This document shows positions 51,287 to 61,273 of a stretch of DNA of 64,000 nucleotides, piece by piece. Each line of letters begins with the position of its first letter. Within the stretch, counting starts at the first letter, position 1. This stretch comes from Chlorokybus atmophyticus. Lineage: Eukaryota > Plantae > Mesostigma and Chlorokybus algae. Location of the stretch: assembly GCA_009103225.1 (NCBI GenBank), contig RHPI01000810.1, positions 806,001-870,000 of the forward strand, written 5' to 3'. The translations under genes were made by a program, and so were the position numbers. The notes under the pieces were generated by a model. The model saw nothing but the letters and a program-made list of their open reading frames with translations. It ran no database searches and had not been told where the DNA came from.

Positions 51287-53577
51287 TCATTGCACCCATT
51301 GCTGGTTCTGGCTGATAGGCACCCTGGCCACTTTTCGGATGCGGATGGAAAGGACGCCAAGGTTGACGCAAGAATCATAAGGCTCTTGTGTTGATGGGGC
51401 AGTGGGCAGGTTCACCTTCCACTCGTACTCACCGGGGCCGCTTCGGCTACAGAACACATTCTTGATGGCGGACGTGGGCAGGAGCGAGTCTCGGGGCTTG
51501 ATGGCTGTGATGATCAGCTCACCCGTGGTGAACAGCTGAATCTTGACATCATCGTTCTGGAGTCCAGGGCAGTCAACACATAAGTAGAAGTAGTCCTCAT
51601 CTTCCCACAAGTCCATCGCGCCAAAGCCAATGTTGCGCACAGCAATGTCTAACTCTGACTCCCTGCGCTCCAGCCTCTCTCTATCTTTCTTCGCTTTGCC
51701 CAGCTTTAGCGATCGCCCCTCAGGTGAGCCGTATGCAGAGGTGTTGTACATGTTGTTCTTCTTGGACTTTTTAGGTCGCGGCACCGGGCTCAACTGCTCC
51801 GGGGGAACCATCCCATCAACACCGACCTGCGCAGCCTGAGCTGCCTGTGCGGCAAGGTGGACACGCTTGTGCTGTCCACCGCCACCATGTGAGTGCTCCA
51901 CGCGCTCGCCACCGGCATACATGCGAGAGGCAGCTGGCAACAGCAGCTGGGATCGCCCGGTGAGCAACTTGAACTTGTCAAGCTCGTCGGGTGGTATGTC
52001 GTGTAAGTTGGGGCCGTACGTGCAGTCCTCTAGCCCAACCAGCATCATGCCAGAAAAGCCGTCCAGACGCTGTCCACATGGGCTGTATGCTACCTGCCTG
52101 GTGGGATGTAGCTCTGTGCTAAATGGTGGCGGGAATCTGCGTGACAATGCAGACTTCCCGCTGAAGTAGCGCCCAAGCACCATCTCGTTCCCCACCGACA
52201 ATTCCTCCTTGCGCAACGATATGATGTAGTAGTAGACATTGTAGACTTCACGCTTTGTAACGCGCTGCCGCAAGTCGATGTCTGATAAGGACAGGTTTGA
52301 GCGAAACTTGCCATTTTTGCCCTTCTTAGGTGGAGGCGCAGAATCCTGGCAACACATCGTTGATGTTCATTGCTGTCCAGTACTTTGAGACAGTTTTCAT
52401 GACGAATATGCACATGAGCCCAAGACATGTACCTTGAGAGCCGGTCTCAAATAAAGCAAGCAGAAGGTGCGAAGGACAAAATAACGCTCTTCCTCAGGGA
52501 GTGGAACAATGCCAGAGACTGGGCCAGGTGCTGGAAGCTCACCACCAATGCCCGCGTTCAACAGGGGCTGCTCCCCCACAAGCTGCTGCCCGTCCGCGAC
52601 AGCATACAAACCGTCAACCTGGCTTGGTGCCGCCTCCTCGTGATGATGAACTTCGACCGGCCCTGCTGCAGCGTAGCCTGCATATGTCCAGAGTAAGGTG
52701 GTTGCAGCAACAAACTGTGGATGCTCTGGGTGTCGATGATAACAGTCATGCCTCCACCCGCCCACAACATAAAGCTTTCTACCGCATGCAACAGTTCTGT
52801 ATGGCTACTCGAGCTTCTAGCTACTTGGTAAGAATGTTTCGGGCGCTACTAACTTATGTGTTCTGTTTCCCTGCAGCCTGCAGCTTTGTTGACGAAAGCA
52901 GCAAACAAATTTAAAGTTTTCGGCAATGTAGGAACTTGAAGAACGGCAACCCACTATGTCACATTGTGTGCATGCCAAGCTAAAAAGCAGCCTAGGTCAA
53001 AGCTGCAATTCCCTGTTGCCAACCTTGCTTCTGAAATCCAGGGAAGGTACTGACTGCACTGCAGAGATTGTTTGCTCATCAAACAACTGCAGTGCTGCAA
53101 ATGCTTGATATGCTCCAGCCAGGTCCCAAATCCTAAAGCTGACCCTGATTGTATCTACTCATCAGCCGGTCAGCATGAAAACGATGAGGAAATAATTTGA
53201 CAAAGGACACTGAGCCAGCATTGAGCATGCTTCAAACAAAGGGCAGCATACACCGAAACTGTGTGCATGCATCGAGCAACCCTAACGCTCGAGATCAGGC
53301 AGGCGACAACTCAGCAAGTATGAATTTCATATACATGAGAAACGAATATCTGAGAAGCGGATGAGAACATATGCGTAAGGTATAGGCTAAACCACGGATA
53401 ACAACCACGCAGAGCTTTGCTGCAATAGACATCGTGTGCGACTGTGAATTCAGCAGCGGCGAGGTTGGCAGGTGCACCTGTGAAGTGGGCGAAGGCGTGT
53501 CCGTGGGCTGAGGGGTCAACGACAACGACGGCGTTAGGGTCGACGACGCCAGGGTTGTGCGTGTGGCCCACCTCCAT
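51287..53577 (-). CDS. SLT1-like protein with a C-terminal alpha-crystallin/HSP20 domain
   Basis: FCLLYLRPALK, SVGNEMVLGRYFSGKS...PPFS and GPNLHDIPPDELDKFKLLTGR recall plant SLT1; C-terminal GAMDLWEDEDYFYLCVDCPGL...GELIITA...GPGEYEWKVNLP...LGVLSIRIRK is ACD-like. First exon MEVGHTHNPG at 53577 is inferred. Confidence 0.68.
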
Positions 53578-54825
53578 TCACTACTGCTTGTCGCTAGCCT
53601 GCTGTTGCTTAATGCTGCTGCCCGCCCAGCCAAGCAGGCGATCCTGCAGGCCGGACAAAACCGCCTGCAGCGGCGGCAAAACTCCCTCAACACAGAAAAC
53701 CCTAGCCTGGCTCTGACTGTGTGTCCGCCGCTTTTGCAGGCGCTTTGCCTCAGTTATTGTGTTTGCCAACCCTCGCGGTTTGTCTGTTGTGCGAAGTTTC
53801 TGCTGCCACCTTTTGACCTCGTTGTAAGCATTGCCTCGATAGAAATGAACGACAATTTGCATTTGTTTGTGCGTCAACCTTGACTACTGCCCACTTCCAA
53901 TCACAGCCTTTGATCAATTACCGGTAGCCATGAACAGGTACGCTGACACCATTGCGGCGCAAGCTACAGAAGATACAAAGTTATGCAACTTACATTCATG
54001 AAAACTTGCAACCAGCGATAACGTCATTTTCACATTGACAATATATGTATAGTATAAGTAGATATAAAGTATAATTTGAAGCGCAGTTACAAAGCATGCA
54101 TCAAAAATTACCAAAGGCTGATAACGTTTAGTGGAAAGTCACATTTACTCAAATGTTCATGAGGTTCGCTGAAAAGCAAACACGGTATCCGCTTGTCAAT
54201 GTCTGCTCGGCGATAAAAGCCGTCTCATCTGTACTTATGTTATACTGCATCATTATGTCACGCAAGGTGTGCTGAGAGAAATGCACACTTCATATATGAT
54301 GTCGTGCAATGCTCGACCTCGGGGTATGTCTCGTAATGGGAGTACGTACAGTGAAGTGCACAGTGTGAAGAGTGGGTAGTGCTGCAGGGCAGCATGCGAG
54401 GTAGGAAGTAAAGAGCTTTACAAGCTGCGGTACTTGCAGCGATGAGGGGGTAGGTGCAAGAGACAACGGGAAGGGAAAAACCAATTGGGCGGTCTCCTAA
54501 ATTTTTATACGAGCTAGCAGACACTCAACAAGCTCTCCAATTAAGAATCATGTGGACAAGCACACAGTGGTCATACAAAGCGTTCGTACGTGGTTAATAT
54601 TTGGCTAAATAATGCGAGTTCATGTTCTGCAAGCACCTGGCAACCGGATGCTAATGATGCCAAACAACTGCCAAGGCGGCGATGCAAGGCATGCAAAGTA
54701 CTGTGTTGTGCAGGAGGTGGTGCAGTACGCAGGCAACGGAGCGGTGGCTACGCCACAAAGTCAACAGTAATGCGCAAGAAAAGGCAAGACACCCTAGAGT
54801 TGGGAAAAGGCAAAGAAGATGGGTA

Positions 54826-57800
54826 GGGTAAGGTGCCCTAAGTTGGGAACAGGCCCTAACTCGGGGATTGGCCGTTTTTTGCTTGTAGCTGGTGAACTGT
54901 CCGGGCTTTCTCGGCCATATTATAGGGCATGATAGAGCGCGTCAAGACCTAGGCAAACGGCCTCCTAGGGCGGGAGATTCAATCTTTCAAATATCATCAA
55001 TTCTGTGTTTCAAACGGGTTGTTGAAACTTGGCAAGTTGTAATGTGACAACTCTGTCATATGAACTCCAAATCGAATGATTGTTTTGTTGCTGTGTTTGT
55101 ATGGGTATAGAGACCTTATATACCAAGTTTCATGTCATTTGCCGCGGAAATGCAAAAATTACCAAGTCCACATTTTTGGGCTAACGCAACGAAAACCCAA
55201 TAATGTGAACTTAAGTTGGCGTTATTCTTGCATCCCCAACTTGATGGTTGTGCATGTTAGTTGTTGTATTGCTGTCTAGCACACTGCCTACCGCTCCTTA
55301 GCTCACTTGCAAGCTTGTAGTTGCTGATAGCACATTTAGGTGTATATGCGGGGGGAGAGGTGAAAGTGGTAGTGTGTTGTGCAAGTTAGCAAGTGAGGAG
55401 TATTCGCAGCAAGTTGGCACAGTTGTAGTTGTATTGCAAGTGGAGTAAGATTGGGCACTAGGCTAACTGCTTGTAAAACCACCTCTACAGCCTTCCTATG
55501 GTGCAAAGCAGGGCTACCAGGGTAGGTGTGGTACATGACACTGCATGTTTATCATCATTGTGGCCTTTCAGCCACTCAGACCACCCTTGCATCATTGTGC
55601 TAATGCACTCTGCCCTTAGGGAAAACGTGTGAAGGATAAAACTCCCTCAGCCAGGAAGCGCAAGCGCATCATCAACACGTACGAAGACTGCATGGAGGAC
55701 ATACAAATGGCTGTGGCATCCATCCACAAGGGTTGCATATTCGTCAGCGATGCTATGAAGGACTTGGGGATACCCGACACCACCAGGCGCACGTTCCTCG
55801 TCCAACCCAACCTCTCTGAATACAAGTGCGTAGCACACTGCATGCACAACTGTTGTCAGATCATCATCACATACTCACACATGCATGTGCAACTGCGGGA
55901 GGACGGGATCTCCCACTGTCTTCTTAGTTGAGGAGGAGGAGGACCTGGCTCAGTGGGTGATCTGTTGCAATGGATTGGGTCGTGCGGTAACATGGATAGA
56001 AGTTTGCATCGAGGCGGGCAAAAGGCTGGCTGGTGACTCTAGAGCACAAATGTTCAAGAATGGTGTACCTGGCATCAAGTGGTTTAGGGGCTTGAAGCGG
56101 AGGAAGAACTTGACCTCTAGGAAGGCAGAACCATTGGACAAGTTTTGGAGGAATTCTCTCAGCAGGGAGGTGGTCTACCACTACTTTGACTTGCTTGCAG
56201 AGACTGTCAACAAGCTTGGCGTAGGACCGGACAGGATCATCTCCGCCGACGAGGTTGGCATTGAGCCAGACACCGCAGTCTAGAATACCAGAGTCATCTG
56301 CAAAAGGTGAGTGGTTAGTAGCTTGCCCACACATTCATTGCATGCACAATCCTTGCTGCATGACATTGCAAGCACTAACTTACATGCGTCATGCAGTGGC
56401 GCCAAGTGGGCGCAGTCTGCAATTACTGGAAGTAGAGAGCACATCACCTTGATGTGCACTGTTACCAAAGCTGGGCTTGCAGTACCACCTCTCGTCATTG
56501 TCAAGGGGCAAAGGCTTACAGTTGACAGCATGGACTTCACAGAGCATGGAGCAAGATTTGCAGCGCAGGAGAACGCATGGATGACTACCGACATCTTTAA
56601 GACTTGGATCACCAAGCTGGCGGAGTGGATGCCAGGAGGGGTCAATCCCACCAACCCTGCACTATTAGTAGCGGACGGCAATGTCAGCAGGTACAACCCC
56701 CGCATGATACGATATGCACAAGACAAGGGCTTGCACATCCTCGTCATGCCTCCCCACACAACCCATCGCCTTCAAGTGTTGGATGTCTCATGTTTCCACC
56801 CTTTCAAAGAGGCCTACAGGAAGGAGTATAGAAAGCGCCAAGAGACGAGGTACAACTTTGAGTTGAGCCGCAAGGAGTTTCTGCAACTTCTCGTCCAACC
56901 TTACTACGCCGGCCTCCACCCTGCCAACATCATTGCTGGCTTCTGCGCCTGTGGGTTGTGGCCCCTGAATAAACACGCACTAGACAAGTACTTTACAGAG
57001 CATGCACCCCCACCCCCTCCAGCACTGTCTTGCCTGTTGGCTGCAATAGGGACAGGCGCTGGTGATGGTGACAACAACAGAGATGGCAACGACAACACTG
57101 AGGACTGTGCAACCAACACTGAAGCGTCAGCCAAGAGGAGGAGGAGGACTAAAATTGCACATCTGCTAACAGCGGATAAAATCGCAGAAGAACTGGAGAG
57201 GCAAGATGCAGAGAAGTTAGCCAAAGCTGAGGCTGTGCAAGCAAGGAAAGAAGCAGCTAAGCAAAAGAAAGAGCAGCACTGGAAGCAGCCAACAGGGCAG
57301 AGGATAACAAAAATAGGAAGAAGGCAGCGGCTCTGAAGAAAATGTTGGCTGAGAGAGAGAAGGAGAAGAGGAAACAAGCCAAGGCTGATGCGCATGCAGA
57401 AACACAAAGACAAAGACTGCAAGAGCAAGAAGCAGCACGGGCGGAGGAGGAGCAGAGAGCCAAGACCGCAAAAGAGGCGGAGGAGTTGCTGATGAGATAT
57501 GAACGGGACCCTACGCAATGCCACAACCAGCTAGGCGACCCCCTGTGGGACTATGCGGAGGCGTTCTTTGAACGCCACCTCCGAGGCGATCCCGCCACCA
57601 ACCTCCTTGCCAAGGAAACGGGCAGTTGCTAGAGGCAGAAGCGGAGACAGCAGCATGCAAGCACGCCTTCACCTGCTTAGACTCTCTACTTAGACTTAAA
57701 AGTAGCTAGATGACATGACTGACCCTGTTTATACATACACACACACCACCTTGGTCTCCCTTGCTTGCCTTGTGCATGTTGCCCACACCCACAACAACGC

Positions 57801-58261
57801 CGCCGCCCACCCTGCTTGCGCTGAACACAACCTTGCATTTGCCGCCAAACTTTGCCGCCAAAGCGGTGAGGTTGGCGGCTGCAGGACGGCTGCAGTCAAC
57901 ATTGCCCACACATCAACCAACCCTCAGCCTGCCCACAAGCCTGCACTTGCCGTCAGCAGCCCAAGTCAAATGGCTGCGGCAAGCAGGCTGAGGGGACTCA
58001 AGCAAGGCTGGCACGCACTGACAGCCTTTCTTGAGTCCCCAAGATAGGGCATTTTCAGTTTGGGGCCCCAACCCCTTACACCCCCTACTTTGACCCTATG
58101 TATCTCACAAAATACTTAACCATAATTAGTGAAACAAATATGGTTGTGTGGTCAAAAACTCTCTCCACAAAACACTCACTTACATCCCCGCCAAAAAATC
58201 AACACATCGCCCGCCACATGCTTAAAACCTAGAAATGTCCCCAACTTACGGCACCTTACCC
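54826..58261 (+). mobile_element. Complete pogo/Fot1-like (Tc1/mariner superfamily) DNA transposon, 3436 bp
   Basis: Left TIR GGGTAAGGTGCCCTAAGTTGGGAACA, right ...TGTCCCCAACTTACGGCACCTTACCC; TA on both sides (54824-25, 58262-63); internal transposase. Confidence 0.92.
55498..57632 (+). pseudogene. Spliced pogo-like transposase (HTH-psq, CENP-B HTH, DDE_1), inactivated
   Basis: SADEVG / VADGN / LQVLDVSCFHPFK give DD35D; NAWMTTDIFKTW; premature TAG at 56281-83; frameshift near 57270 in the Lys/Glu-rich tail. Confidence 0.88.
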
Positions 58262-61200
58262 TAAACAACACAAGAGGTACGGGCGTCAACTTTTGCAAGT
58301 TCTATTTTCACACAAGGCAGCGTGCCTGCACGCGGTTCGCCTAAGCTGATGGTGACTTTTAGAAGTCTTTAAAGTAATGCCGCTGCTTTTGCGCCAGTTC
58401 GCTTACTTGCAACTTACTACCGACTTTCTCGGTAGGGTTGCTCAAGGGAACAGTCGATGTCGGCCGCCGCCATAAGTCTCTATTGCTACTTGCTCACACG
58501 AGAGGTCTTGTCACGCTGGCTGCCAGCAGGCTGATCGGTGGAACTGGTTTGAGTGATCCGGATGCTGGGGTGGGGCGCACAAGGTGTGCGAGGAAGAAGT
58601 GCGTGCCGAGGGTCGACACTGAGACAATAATATGCAGTAAAAATATGGCTGTTATGTAAAAAATGCTGAAATATATGTGTTTTTGCTTGGCTTAATCCGT
58701 TGTTGATGCTTTTACAGTCGCAGTGAACACATGTTTGTTTTGTGAAGAAAAAAAAGTGCATTGTGACTTTGCTGGGTTTAAACCAATGTGTTGTTTGTAC
58801 GGTTGTGTTGTTCAGTATACATATTTGGCACATTATTGACGTCGATGTAATAATATAATACATCAATGCCCCTCCTGATTTAGCAATATTGTTAACGATA
58901 ATGTTAATATGGCGATATGCAAACTAAGCGACGATCGTTGGTCGCAAGTTAAGAGGGAGCAAGCTGAGGATTTATGGGTAAAACCATCTTGCCGCAATTT
59001 TCCATAATATTTTTTAGCAATTTTATGGTTAAGTCATCTGATTATCATTGTATGGAAGTGCATCGTTATAACGTCATTTTGCTTAAAGCATATCACGCTA
59101 AGCTTCGACAGTCAAGGTATAACAAATATGTATATAAAGTTATTATGTTAATGATTGTAATAATCGTGCTTATAAAAGCTTGATTTGCTGGGTTGTAATA
59201 CAGCAATAGAGATTATAATTAAAATTGTGTAACGCAAAATTGTAATAATACATGGACACTGTCCACACTGTGCTCAAGGCTCAGAGTCTTAAATAATCAG
59301 CAACTCGTATGTATTAAACAGCAAATTACGCCGTATGGCATTGTGCTGATGACACTTGCAGTGTTTTGTGACAAGTGTGCATTGACCTTGCAACATTGTG
59401 CTAAACAAAAAGTAAACGTATGCATAATAGATTTGCTTAATTGCAAGCGCAATCAACACATCAATCGTTGCAATCACAATACGTATCGCACATGCTTGAA
59501 TGCGCATTGAAATGTAAAGTATATGTGTAGCGACACATTACGCCTTAGTTCATTATGCGTGTAACGTAGTATTTTTGATGGAAGCCCCCAGTCATAGAAT
59601 ACCTCCCCCTCACAAATGTATAGATGTAAACGAGCTCATGCTTCCTTGATTGAGGCTAAAGGGCTTTGTAATAAGAGGGGGGGGAGGGGGGGGGGGGAGA
59701 CGCTACCCGAACAAGTACGGTAGCCAACAACTTCACGAATAATACGAAAAACCTCTGGGGCGCCACTTGCCCACCTCTCCTACCGGTGCAACACAATGCA
59801 CATTTTGTACACTTCAAGCCGATCATGCAAAGCACACATAAACGCAAGCCCACCTGTATCAACAGGTGTGTAATTGATAGCTGCAACACCTTTTATGGCA
59901 TTGCGTGTGGCATGACAGGCTTAAGGGCTGGGTATGGGTAACTTGGTGTGCAGCAGCACACGACATGCGATATGCTTATGCTTATTGAAGTGGATTGCTA
60001 TTGAGATGATGGTTGCAATGTCCATGCACGTGATCTCTCTCTCTCTCTCTCTCTCGGCTGGCACTGCGTGTGAGTGTGACACGTATGCACGCATGATACA
60101 TACCGGAGTCGGAACCCTTCCGTCTACGGAGACGCCCGCGGAGACACCAGACGGCCGGCGCGCGACTGGACTCGCGCCGCGCGGCTGGCGCCCCGCGTCT
60201 CCAGTTAACCGTGGCGTCGGCGGTCAACGCGCGCGCGCCGTCGCTGACGCCATTAATGTCGTCGGCGGCCACGCCCGTTGCGCCGACGCTGGGGCGGTGG
60301 TGTGGGCGGGAAGGAGGCGAGCTCCTTGCCGCCTGCGCCCGGCAAGCAGCGGAGTGAGGGCGGCGGAGGGCAGGGTGGTGTGAGCGAGCGGGAAGGCGGC
60401 GAGCTTTGCGCCGTTCACTCGCAGCAACAGACGGCGGCGCAGGGCAGGGTGTGGGGTGGCGGGAAAGTTCGGGGCAGGAGCGAAGCAGAGGGGCGGGAGT
60501 GAAGCAGCCGGATTGTCGTATGTAGGTTGGTAGCATGACAATTGCTTGGTTGTCTTGTAAGCAGGCGCTAAAGTCGTAGGGGTTGTGCTTTATTTAGGCT
60601 GTGTAGGTTTGTCATATGGTTGTCTGGTTAGCAGTTGTTAGAGTCGCAGGGTTTGTGCTTTGTGTACACTTGCTACTTTGTTTCGTTAATAGGTTCATTG
60701 TTGACTTATTGAATGGCTTGCAATGCTTTAATATTGTGTACATGACTAGCTAACGCATTCACGCACACTGCATGCAGCAGCTACAAGAGTGTGCACATGA
60801 TTGGGAGTGAACACCAATTGGGTTTGCAAATTGTTGACGCGCACACGCACGCACAGTGCATGCAGTTGTACGAGTGTGAGAGTGTGTACATGACAGATGA
60901 CAGTTGTAGGGTTTGCTGTATGTGTAGGCACACGCATGCCCACACATGCGCACACAGCATGTCACATACATTCACGCACACACCCAGCAGGCACCAATTG
61001 CGACCAGATTGTGCACTTGTAAACAACTTGAACTGTGCAGACGCACATGCCGTTGCACATGCACACACGCACAGTGCACGCAATAGTTGTATGATTGCAA
61101 GAGTGTGTGCGATGATTGCAGGTTTTTTGTATGTATGCACGTGCACCCAGCAAGCAGCATGCGCGCGCACGCACCTCGCAAACAGCTGCCCAATTATACC

Positions 61201-61273
61201 ACATGTACCTAGACTTCAAGCATGGCTATCAATGTGCCTGTGTATCCGTACATGTACATGCTCAACTCTCAAC

